Of a stretch of 64,000 bases of DNA, positions 53,301-63,715 are shown in pieces. Source of the stretch: a virus (Duplodnaviria > Heunggongvirae > Uroviricota > Caudoviricetes); IMG/VR virus record IMGVR_UViG_3300021400_000048, positions 120,791 to 184,790 of that record; one strand, written 5' to 3'. Each line of letters starts with the position of its first letter. Position 1 is the first letter of the stretch. The translations under genes and the position numbers were made by a program. The notes under the pieces were generated by a model, which saw only the letters and a list, made by a program, of their open reading frames with translations, had not been told where the DNA came from and searched no databases.

Positions 53301-54007
53301 TCGTTTTCAGAGCAGTGTTTCTTATCAACATCTTTTTGAATTTCTGCTTTATTTAAAGATTCATTTGTTTCTTCTTCTTTCTTTTCTTCAGGTTCTTCTT
53401 CAAAGTCTAAGTCTAAAACATCAAGGTCATCAATATTTTCATCTTCTTCTGTTTTTTCAGTTTCTTCAACTTCTTCAGTTTCTTCCTCTGGTTTTTCTTC
53501 GAAGTCCTCAGTGTCAAAGTTATTTAATTCAGCTTCATCAACTGGTGCAACTTTACCGATTACCATATAGCCTGAAGTATTTCCACAGTGTTGACAAGTT
53601 TCATTAATATTAACAACATCTGGATTGTTTTCATCAACTTCTAAATCTTTTTCATCTTTATAGAATAAAGTCATACATTGAGGACATTGAATAATAACTT
53701 TACCTTCATAAGAAGTTAATAGGTCATCTTCAGAGTCTGCATCTAAATCAACAATTTTTTCAATCCTTGCTAATTTTGCTTTAGCAATTTCAGCTTCTCT
53801 TTCATCAGCTGCAGCTTCTAAATCATTAGTATCATTAACGTCATAATAGTCTTCAATTAAAACATCAGTTCTTAATTTTCTGTTGCCAAAACTTTCTCTT
53901 AGGTCAATTCTGTTTGGTAAAATTCCGCCTTCGACTTTTGGATATTCCATTTCGTCTAGTGCTTTAAATGCTGCACTTAAATCAAATTGTGTTACAGATT
54001 TTTTCAT
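50354..54007 (-). CDS. very large acidic head-associated protein (1217 aa, code 4)
   Basis: four TGA join track ORFs 53198-54037, 52568-52759 and 50354-51565; many (I/L)-x-E motifs; duplicated 29-aa segment. Confidence 0.8.
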
Positions 54008-54026
54008 ATTTTTATTTCTCCTTATT

Positions 54027-54755
54027 TTAATCAACATAAGCTATTAAATTGCTATTAGCAATAAGCATATCTTCTAATTCTTTTTTCTCTGTATTTCCTT
54101 CATTTAATAATGTTTCACCATCCATTGTTCACAAAGCATTTGATTGTGTAAATCTTGTTCTAATTCTTCCTAAAACTATTTTAGTTCTAGCAAGAGCAAG
54201 TCTTTGTAAAACATCTGTTCAATATTCATCTTTGATTTGTTCTACTTGTAAAAGTTTAGGTACATATTCAACAGTAACCATATCAGGTTTACTTAAAACA
54301 CTATTTATATATAATTTATTATTTGTTTTGTCTAGCTTAAAAGATAAGTCAGTAGATATTGTATTTTTAATTCTATTTAACTCGGCATAGGCAGCATAAT
54401 TCATAACATAATCTTTTAAAGAATACATTGAACCATTTCCACTACTGAAGATCATTCATTGTTGCATATAAAGTGGGTCATTATAAGCATTTTCTCCAGT
54501 AGCAGCACCCATAGCTTCTGTTCTATAAAGTTTTACAATATGATTTACTTTTTCTTTCAAATCTAGTTCTGAATCTGATAAATCAATACAAGAACTAAAT
54601 GGTATTGTAACTAAAGTTGTTTCATCATAATACTTATCAAGCTCCCTTAAACATTGTTTAATAATTAGCTCAATAGTAGCATCTTCTATTTCAAGTTCAA
54701 GCACGCCACCTGTTAATTCAAGTTTGATTTCATCAAGTAGATCAACCATTGTCAT
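54027..54755 (-). CDS. neck protein, T4 gp13-like (242 aa, code 4)
   Basis: W(TGA)TDVLQRLALARTKIVLGRIRTRF..MDGETLLNEG..EKKELE; GGAGG RBS. Confidence 0.8.
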
Positions 54756-54782
54756 ATAGTTTAATACCTCCGACTAATCAAT

Positions 54783-54870
54783 TAATTTAGCAAATATAAA
54801 GTAGCAATTTGAAAGAAAATGAAAAAACTTTCAATTTTTTCAAAAAACTATTTTTTACGTATAATTTAGC
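54783..54870 (-). promoter_or_regulatory. two tandem putative late promoters GCTAAATTA
   Basis: 54783-54791 and 54862-54870. Confidence 0.65.
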
Positions 54871-54979
54871 AAATAAATAATTAAGAAATTTTAATATTAA
54901 ATTAATAAACTATTAAGTTTATATAAAGTAAATAAAAATGCGATATAGGCTAAATTTTAAGCCTAAAATCGCATTTTTA

Positions 54980-55768
54980 TTATAAGCCAATATATTGGCT
55001 ACCAATATAAGAATTTTGTTTTTTATCTTGTTCCTCTAAAGTTTTTTGTATAAGTTCTTGGGGATTTGCTGGCATATCTTTATTTTTTACAATATATGCC
55101 TGAATAATATTTGTATCTCTAATCATTCTATTAAATGGTCTGACACATTGTCGTGCTCAAGTCGATGGTGCTTGTTCTTTAGCATTCAAAAATTGTGTAC
55201 ATTTAATACCAACAGGTGGCTTAAATTCAAGTTCACTATATTTATGATGTAATAGACAAGCAAAAATACTATCTTCAAATCCTTCATTTTTTTGTGGATC
55301 AATATTTACCATTGGCTCTTTTTTATAGATGTACTTAGAAATAGCACATAAGTTTAATTGTGCTGCGCAATAAGGGTGATATTGACTATTTTTTCCCGGC
55401 ATAAAACAGAAGCCATTTGGATTTTTATCTAATAAATTCATATACTCTATATGAGCATTATTTGTTGTTTCAATAATAGCATCATCATCAAACATAATAA
55501 TATAATCATAATCCAGTTTTAGAAATTCTTCTCTTAAAGTTTGACGAGCTTTTAAAATTCCAAGTTCTGGATAGATTTTTATTATTTGTTTATTTGCAGT
55601 TTCAATTGGCTTAAAGTCTTTTCAATTTTGTGCAATAACTAAAATATCAATATCTGGTCATAAATCATTTAATTGTTTAAATAATCTATTAATTCTTTCT
55701 TTTCTTTGTGTTCTAGCTGGTTCTTTATCTGGTAACCAACTAGGTATTCCAAAACATTTCTTTAACAT
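54980..55768 (-). CDS. GT-A fold (family 2-like) glycosyltransferase (262 aa, code 4)
   Basis: LGILKARQTLREEFLKLDYDYIIMFDDDA DxD-type motif; three TGA. Confidence 0.8.
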
Positions 55769-55794
55769 ATTCTTTAACCTAGTAAAATTCCTTT

Positions 55795-56850
55795 CTAATA
55801 AGATCAAAAATTACCTGTATAGTAATTTTGTGAATTTTTTGTTTTATTATTCTTGTGCTCATGAATATTAATATAATTCAATTTTTTATATGGTAAGTCT
55901 ATTAGTTCAAAACTAGACTTATTTGGAAGTTTTTGTTGTAAAAAAGTTAATAAATTATTTTTACACACTTCAAAATTATCAACAGCTGCTGTATCATTAA
56001 AACAAATCATTTCACAATTATTATATTGTGTAAAATCTGTTCAAGAGCTAATCGCTACATAAGCAGAATTCTGATAAATTCTATTATTAAGCTCACCATA
56101 ATTTGTATATTTCATAGCATCAATATAAAGTAAAGATGGAATTAAATTTTTTGGGTGTCTAAATCTTGATATACTCATAGCTGTGTAAATATCATTATAG
56201 TATTTATTCATAAAGTCTTGTTCAAAGCTTTTTAGCTCACCATCAGGCAAATGGCTATAATGATAAAATTTATCTACTGGCTTTTTAATTATTTTTGATT
56301 CTAAAAATTGATTATTATTACTAATAATAGTTTCTCAAATTCTATTACCACAGCTTCAATTTTTAGCTCTATATCCACTAAAGCCTTGTTGTATTTTACC
56401 ATTTTTATTAAAAAATAAATTTTCTGGAATATTATTTATAAAATAAAAATCATCATTAGAAACAATAAAATGCTCGCTTAAATCAGGTATTCTATAATAA
56501 AATGCTTCAATTATTAATGTACTAAAAACTGGCAATAATTCAGTTGGAATAAATTCTTCGTGTAATACTATACGAAGCTTTGGATTTGTTTGGTCTAATC
56601 ATGTGGGAATTTGACTTTTTCTTTGTACTACTAAAAATACTTTATTTACTCATGGGCAATTTTGTTCAACACCCCTAAACCAATATCTAAAAGCTTCTCA
56701 ATCTCTAACGCGTTCTTTTGCAAAAGCTTGAGCATTTGTATTTTGCTGAATTCCTAACGCTATTTCTTGTTGTTTATATTTATTAAAGTCAGCCTGTCAA
56801 GCTTTATCATTTTCATCTACATATGGTACAATAATATCAATAGGAAACAT
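55795..56850 (-). CDS. Stealth-family sugar-phosphate transferase (351 aa, code 4)
   Basis: IDIIVPYVD..D..W; RVRDW..FRYWFRGVEQNCPWVNKVF; IPTWL; IPDLSEHFIVSNDDFYF; most Trp are TGA. Confidence 0.88.
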
Positions 56851-56852
56851 AT

Positions 56853-57566
56853 TTACTCCTCAAAATTTAAAAATTCTTGTATTGACATTGCTTTATCATC
56901 AACATAAAAATCTGCATTTTCTTTACCAAATAATAATTTTGTATATTTAACATTATATTTTTTAAGTCATGTTTCAGTAATAGCTCTATATTTGTGCTCA
57001 CGAGCAGCTAATGTTTTACAACTTTTAGCTCCACGTGCAGTATATAAAATAATAGTTCAACCATTATCATATAGTGTATTTATTTTATTAATTACATCAA
57101 GATGTGGAGTTGAATTCTCAAAATCACGGTTATATGTAGTTAAAATAGTATCATCAATATCAATAACAAAAGTTTTAAACTCATAGTTATCTATTAATTT
57201 TGTTTTAAGATCTGTTGTAGAAATACCAGCTGTTCGTTCAATAAAAATTACTTTAGCATATTTTTCGATATCAACAATGTCTTTATAACCTTTATAATCA
57301 CTACCAATTGCAAATATATCTATATTATTATTTTTTAGGTAGTCTATTTTATCTTCTTGGCTATTTAATAATATAACTTCATCAACATATTTTATAGCTT
57401 CGAGAATAGTTTTTCTTTCATTTGCTGAATTTATTGGAGTTTTTCCTTCAGGAGCTACATTTACGCCGACAATTAAATAATCGCCAAGAGCTCTAGCCTT
57501 TTTTAGAAGATTAATGTGGCCGTAGTGTAGCAAATCAAATGTTCCAGTTGTAAATACTTTGATCAT
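56853..57566 (-). CDS. TagD-like cytidylyltransferase fused to HAD phosphatase (237 aa, code 4)
   Basis: GTFDLLHYGHINLL (HxGH); DIDDTI, GW(TGA)TIILYTARG, W(TGA)LKKYNV, YVDDKA. Confidence 0.9.
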
Positions 57567-57594
57567 GTACTATTCTCCTTCTTTATCTACTGTA

Positions 57595-57603
57595 TAATTT
57601 AGC
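57595..57603 (-). promoter_or_regulatory. putative late promoter GCTAAATTA heading the glycan cassette
   Basis: upstream of AAGGAG RBS. Confidence 0.65.
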
Positions 57604-57701
57604 AAATAAAAATACGACCTGGATTAAATTTCAAGCCGTATTTGTCAAATTAAGTAATTGGGTTAAATTATTATTTTGACCAGATTGTTATATTCGTTAG
57701 A

Positions 57702-58388
57702 TTAAAATAATTCACAAATGTACTCCCAAGCATCCATATAATGCATATTTTCAAAGTCTGACTCTTTTAATCTATCACTATTATAAAATTTTTTAAAGTT
57801 TTCTTCCTTGGTTAATACTTCATTTGTAATATTTTTGTTACCTTTATAAATCTCAACATTATTATCATCAAAAGATATACAAGTATATGCTTCTGCTAAA
57901 GCATCTTCAAATGACTCAAAAGTATTTTCCATATATGTATCGACACCGGGAAGACCATTTTCATCAAAACATCCAAAGTCTTTATAATAATAACTAACAG
58001 TATAAATATCATCAGGAACTTTTTCTACTAATTTATCCTGTAAAAATTCAAATAGCTCATCAATATCTTTACTAACTTCTTTTTTGGCTTTTTTAATAAG
58101 CTCAATAAAGGCATCAATTTCATCTGCAGGATCATTAAATTCATATGATTTTACTCATAAACCGCCAAATTCAGTATTGCACTCTAGTTTAGCATTTAAA
58201 TAAAAATCAATAACTTGACAAAGACATAGACTATCATTAACTTCTTCTTCATCATCTTCAGCTTCTACTATCTTATACCAAGATATATTACTATCAAAAT
58301 CGTCTGCTCTTTTATAGCCTCTTGGTAATAAAAATTTTTCTATAAGTTTAATTCCAAGTTCTTTATCATATTCAAATTCATTAATCAT
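57702..58388 (-). CDS. acidic hypothetical protein (228 aa, code 4)
   Basis: two track ORFs joined in frame by TGA 58155. Confidence 0.75.
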
Positions 58389-58412
58389 TAGTTATTATCT
58401 CCTTTTATATAT

Positions 58413-58425
58413 TATTATACAATAA
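58413..58425 (-). promoter_or_regulatory. class II promoter motif TTATTGTATAATA
   Basis: exact motif. Confidence 0.55.
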
Positions 58426-58520
58426 AAGTTTTTAAAAAAGAAGTTATTTTTCAAACTTCTTTTATTTTTGATAAATTAATTTTAACTGATTTTTCACTTA
58501 CAGTACCAAAAGATGTATTT

Positions 58521-59933
58521 TTATCTATTCCAAACATATGTTGCTTGGCCACAGTCGTATATTTCAACAAAACCTGCTTGGATCATTAAGTCTCTATTAT
58601 TAGATATAGCTAAATTATCATCTTTTGCATCACAATGATGAATTAATCTTGAAAATCCTTGCTGACGTAATAAAGCATCTGTATAATGTTCTTTTGTTTG
58701 TACATTATACCAGTGTTTAGATGGTGCAGTTTTTCTTAAAAGCTTAAAATTAAGTTTATTATAAGTATTACCAGAAAACTTACTTAGATCACAATAACTT
58801 ATAACTGAATTTGGTTTATATGTTTCAATAAAATATTTAAAAAGCTTTTCTGCACCGCCAATAACTTTTGCATTTGAACAATATCTAATTAATTCATACT
58901 CATAATTTTTATTATAACGAGGCTTACCAAAAGTCATTACAGATACTAGTTCATTTTTATAAAATAAACCAATTTTAATTGTAGACTTTGCAGTTCCTTG
59001 TAAATGATATTTAATTAAAAACTCATCACTTGTTTTCTTATCAAGTTCTTTTATATTACATAATCTACCATAAATAGTTTTTTGATTATTAGCAAGTAAA
59101 TTAATAATTTTATTCTTATCATCCCAGTCAAATATATGAATACATTTAAAATTATGATTATTAGCAATTTCTGTTTTTGTTTTATGATATATTTTTGAAA
59201 GTGGCGTATTATATTCAAAAGGTGTAAAAGTAGAATTATGTGTAAAAGTAGGGTTAATTTCTACAAGAATTTCACCAATCTTAAAATCAAAGAATTTTTT
59301 ATCTAAACAATATTCTCTTTCAAAATTAATCTTATAGTCTTCTAATAATTTTTTAAATTGTAAATTTGGTTGACTATCTTTTTGATTGTAACTTTGGCCA
59401 TCTTTAAAACGATTTTTTAATACTTCATTTTTTTCATCTTCAGATAAGCTATTCCACCAAGCCTTCATTGATTCACTTCTCATAGCATCTTGTTTTGCTT
59501 TTTCTTCTGGTGATAAAGAGGCTCTATAAGCTTTATTAGAAGCTGCTTTTGTTTTAGCATATGTTGGATTTAAATGTGCTAAAGATTGCTTAATTGACCA
59601 AGCTTCTTTTTCTTCAATAGATTTATTTTTCCAAGACTCTTTTTGTGTTTCAGCTGATTTTTTTCCGCCTGCTATATAACTTTCATGAGTTCTTGCAGCT
59701 GGTTTACCTTTATACTTTGATGGCTTTTGTTTTGAGAAATCATAATTAAATAATTTTAATACTTTAGTAAGTTGTTTAACTGTTCTTAAGCCAAAGTGGT
59801 TCATAGTTTCTTTTTGATTATGATAAAGATAAAAATTAATAAAATCTTCAGCTGATATAGTTGCAGTTATATTATTAATAATCTCTTTATTTAATTTTTC
59901 AATTTCTAGTTGCTTTACATATTTATCTGTCAT
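58521..59933 (-). mobile_element. free-standing Hef-like homing endonuclease gene
   Basis: NUMOD3-like helical repeats; FEREY..FDFKIGEILVEIN (PD-(D/E)xK-like); IYGRLCNIKE..HLQG..ELVSVMTFGKPR..YELIRYC. Confidence 0.75.
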
Positions 59934-59949
59934 AATTTTATCCTCTATT

Positions 59950-60009
59950 TAATTTAGCTAATTATTCACAAGAAGCTTTGAATTAGTCCACTATTATATT
60001 ATACAATAA
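59950..60009 (-). promoter_or_regulatory. late motif (59950-59958) plus class II motif (59997-60009)
   Basis: both motifs upstream of the endonuclease gene. Confidence 0.55.
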
Positions 60010-60035
60010 ATTTAATTAAAATTTAAAAAGCAAAT

Positions 60036-60068
60036 AAAAAAAAGACATATCATAAGATATGCCTTTTT
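60036..60068 (-). terminator. intrinsic terminator after major capsid gene
   Basis: AAAAGACATATC-ATAA-GATATGCCTTTT. Confidence 0.7.
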
Positions 60069-60093
60069 ATAAACTTTGTATTACTTAGATTAA

Positions 60094-61395
60094 TTAGTCA
60101 ACGATCTTACCAGCAACTAATAGACTCTTGTTTAATAGAGCTTTAGCATACCAAGTACTGAAACCTTGCATTAATCCACCATCAGGTGTACCAAGTAATT
60201 GAGTTGGAACGATTGCCATGTAAGGTGCATATACACCAGCAGAGCTCATCATATCATTTCCGTTTAAGCCTAGGAAGAATTCGCCTTTACCTAGTTCTGG
60301 AGAAACGTATACAGCTACGCCATCAATTTCACCAACTTTGTAAGGACCATTCATCTTAGCGTTCTTAACTGGAGTCCAGCCATTAACGAAACGTAATACT
60401 TGTAAGCAGTCAGCAGCAACTACCATGTAGTTAGGATGGAATTTCTTAGTTCTAGTATAGATGATAGCTTTAGCAGCTTCAAATACTTCTAAGAAACCAT
60501 TGTAATGTTCGAATTTAGAAACGCCGACAGGAAGAGTCTTAGAGAATGTTAATTCAGGAAGAGCTTCACCAGCACCTTCTTTTAACATATTAACGATTTC
60601 AGAGTCAATTTCAAATGCTAATTCACCACAAGCTTGTTCAGCGATTTGTTTGTCTAATGAGAAACCATAATCTGTTTTAGCTTGGAATGCACTGATTTGG
60701 TCATATTTAACAGCAATTCTTCTTGGTTCAGCAACTAATGCGATGTGTTCCATCTTTGGACCAATTGAAGGAATATCTTGAGCTGGAACATAGTTCATTT
60801 GGAATTGTTTTGCAACATATGCAACTTTTACAGCAGCAGCATCAATTTCATCACCATAAACATATGTACCATCAGCTTTAATTGATTTGTAAGTAGCAGT
60901 TTTGATTGCACCATTTTCTTCATAAGTTAAACCATTTGGTTCAGCTTCGAAAGCTAATCCAGAACCAACAGCTTCAACGATAATTTGAGAAGTGTAGTTT
61001 CTACGAGCTTCACCAACTTCGCCTAATCCGAATACACTGTTGAATTCATCACCTTGAGTAATTCCACCTTTATTAGTAGTAGCAACATACTTTAAGTATG
61101 CAACTGATCCACTGTAAGAAGTCATTGGGTGTACAATTACTAAATCATTAGCGATTAATGATGGAACAGCAATATTAGTTAAGTTTAAGCAGAATTTCTT
61201 CCATGCACCTAAATCACTTCTTTGAGTTGCAACTGTATCTAATGCTTCAGTAATCCATCTGTTTGTATTATCTAGTAATACAGCAGTAGTTAATTTAGCG
61301 TTATCTGAAACAACTTTGCCATCAAAGTTTTTAGCAACGTATGCTTCAGCAACTTTAATTTGTCTTGAATAAGTTTCAAGTAAATTTTGTCTCAT
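60094..61395 (-). CDS. major capsid protein, T4 gp23-like
   Basis: VHPMTSYSGSVAYLKY, AEPRRIAVKY, ELAFEIDSEIV, GVYAPYMA; AGGAG RBS. Confidence 0.92.
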   Translation of the reverse strand: MRQNLLETYSRQIKVAEAYVAKNFDGKVVSDNAKLTTAVLLDNTNRWITEALDTVATQRSDLGAWKKFCLNLTNIAVPSLIANDLVIVHPMTSYSGSVAYLKYVATTNKGGITQGDEFNSVFGLGEVGEARRNYTSQIIVEAVGSGLAFEAEPNGLTYEENGAIKTATYKSIKADGTYVYGDEIDAAAVKVAYVAKQFQMNYVPAQDIPSIGPKMEHIALVAEPRRIAVKYDQISAFQAKTDYGFSLDKQIAEQACGELAFEIDSEIVNMLKEGAGEALPELTFSKTLPVGVSKFEHYNGFLEVFEAAKAIIYTRTKKFHPNYMVVAADCLQVLRFVNGWTPVKNAKMNGPYKVGEIDGVAVYVSPELGKGEFFLGLNGNDMMSSAGVYAPYMAIVPTQLLGTPDGGLMQGFSTWYAKALLNKSLLVAGKIVD

Positions 61396-61432
61396 TGTTT
61401 TTTCTCCTATTAAATTTTTTGTTTATATTATT

Positions 61433-63226
61433 TTATTTTTTTAATCCCGCTAAAATTAATAAATCATCATCAATTTCATAGCCATTATCAGGATCATTAG
61501 ATCTTGCTTTAGGTTGTCTTGATTCAACTATTCTAACTTTAGCATCACGAGCCAAGCCATAAGTTGGCTTTGCACTTTCTAACATTCTTTCACAAACTTT
61601 GTCAACATCATCAAAAGTTCAACCTTCATTAAGTCTACCAGTAATTTCACTAGTATTGACACCTAGCATTGATGCTTTCATTTCTACATATTTATAAGCA
61701 GCTTCAAGATATTTAGCTTTATAATTTTTAGCAACACGTGAGTATTTAGCTAATTCAGCTTGATGTTTATCAGCAGCTTCTTTTAATGCAGCTTGAGCAT
61801 TTTCAAGTTCAGATGTTCTTGTAGCTAATTTTTCAGCTAGAACTTTTGACTTATTAGCTTGCTCATTAACGCTTTCTGTAAGTGCTTTTGCATTTGCTTG
61901 GTTAGTTTTTAATGTTTTAATTGTTTGTTCTTTAATGTTTAATTGTTCAGTAAGTTTTTGAACTTCTTTCTTTGCTTCTTTTGATTCAGCAGCTAATGTA
62001 CTTAGTCTTGCAAATGAATTCTTATACTGATTAAGTTCTTCTTCAAGTTTCTTAACTTTAGCATCGCTAACTGCCGCACTCTCTTTAAGAGCTTTTGCAT
62101 CAGTTTCAAGAGCTTCTTTTTGGCGAATCATTTCCTTTAAACTTGCAATAAGTTCTGTTGCCCCGTCATCAACGGCATCTTCAGCAGGAATTTCTTCGTC
62201 TGCAAGAACAGGCTCATCAATTACTGTTTCATCAGTAACATTTTCTGGTTGTTCAGCAACCTCTTCAACATCTATATCATCTGCTTTTGCAGGAATGATA
62301 TCTAAGTTAATATTTAGCTTCTCATCATCAGCTAAATAATTTCAAGCATCAACTTTATATTCAACACCATCAATATTAATAGGTGCAAATTCAACTGGCG
62401 CTTCTTTATTAAAATCATCTAAATGATCAATTAATTCACCAACTGTAATATTAGGAAGTACTGCAGGTTCTTCTAGCTCTACAGAAGCTTCTACTGGTTC
62501 TTCTTCAACTGCTACTTCAGTTTCTTCTGGAGCAACAATTTCAGGTTCACCTACTGTAGTGTCTTCAAATGGTTCATCTTGAACATCTTCATCTAAAGTA
62601 ATTTTTAAATTATTTAACGCTTCTTTAACAATTACTTTATCTTCATCTTTTTCTTCATTTAAAGATTCTTTTAAAGCTTTCTTTAATTTTATATTATTAG
62701 TGTCTAAAGATTCACAAACTGCTAAACGTGCCTTTTTAACAGCAGGAATACCTACAATATCAAATGTTTCTAAGAAGAATGTTTCTGGGTCAACTTCATT
62801 ATTTATATCAACATCGCCAGAACCACGTGAGCTAATACCAGGTTGGAATCCATAATCACATAATGTTTTTAAAATACGACCATTAGGTGTATCAAGAATA
62901 TCAACATAAGCATATAAGTCACCATTTACAATTTTAGGTACTTCTGGAATACATGCACATGCTTTAGACATATCAATTTCTTCTCTATCTGTTGGATGAC
63001 CCAATTCTAAGAATAAACTTTTTGTTGCAACTTTTTCTAAGAAGATTTCATCTTTTAATGCAGATTCTCATAATTGTGCATTATAAAATCTACCATTACG
63101 TGTACTATCTTTTGTTGTTGCGATAGGTCCAAAAAGTCTTCCTAAGATATGACGCTTACTTTTTTCTTCTTCTGTAAGAGGCATCATTTTAAAGGCTTCC
63201 ATAATATTTCTATAATCTTTAGCCAT
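61433..63226 (-). CDS. prohead protease (gp21-like) fused to coiled-coil scaffold (597 aa, code 4)
   Basis: STRNGRFYNAQLW(TGA), LELGHP, GISSRGSG, TFDIVGIPA; three TGA join two track ORFs in frame. Confidence 0.88.
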
Positions 63227-63249
63227 TTGGAATATCTCCTTTTTACTAT

Positions 63250-63258
63250 TAATTTAGC
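63250..63258 (-). promoter_or_regulatory. putative late promoter GCTAAATTA
   Basis: upstream of protease RBS. Confidence 0.65.
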
Positions 63259-63299
63259 AAATTATTATTTATTATTTTAATAAATTATTAGCTTACTTA

Positions 63300-63578
63300 T
63301 TATTCTCCATCATTTCCAGGTGTCTCTTCATTAACAACACCTTCTAAAGCAGCACGGTCTAAAACTTTTATATCATTAGCATTAACCACACCAGTTGTGC
63401 TAATATAAATACCACTAACACTATCAACTTTTTTTTCATATACTTTTTTAATATCAGTATCAGCATAATCTTTGAGATCAATAATTTCAGTATCATTTGC
63501 TGCAGTAGGAATTCCTGTCAATGAACCCTTAATAACCTTATTTCCAGCATTATAAACTAATTTGTACTTATTTGCCAT
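63300..63578 (-). CDS. hypothetical late protein (92 aa)
   Basis: GAGGAG RBS after late motif 63636. Confidence 0.75.
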   Translation of the reverse strand: MANKYKLVYNAGNKVIKGSLTGIPTAANDTEIIDLKDYADTDIKKVYEKKVDSVSGIYISTTGVVNANDIKVLDRAALEGVVNEETPGNDGE

Positions 63579-63635
63579 ATTTTTCTCCTCAATTTAATAT
63601 TTAAAGTAAAATAAATTAGCTATTAACTAATCAAT

Positions 63636-63644
63636 TAATTTAGC
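63636..63644 (-). promoter_or_regulatory. putative late promoter GCTAAATTA
   Basis: upstream of 63578 start. Confidence 0.6.
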
Positions 63645-63715
63645 AGAAAATTATTTAGTATTTTATAAAAAATGAAAAAAGGCTGAAAATTTTCATTTTC
63701 AACCTTTCGCTCAAT

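Noticed and set aside
54820-54833. TGAAAAAACTTTCA as another cre-like site
   Set aside because: It lacks the central CG that is invariant in the 16 early copies and is not paired with the TTTACA/TATAAT promoter.
1165-55252. Plus-strand ORFs in the track (e.g. 1165-1458, 15768-16109, 41731-42024, 50559-50903, 54049-54390)
   Set aside because: They are antisense shadows of well-supported minus-strand genes, with low-complexity F/S/L-rich translations and no RBS.
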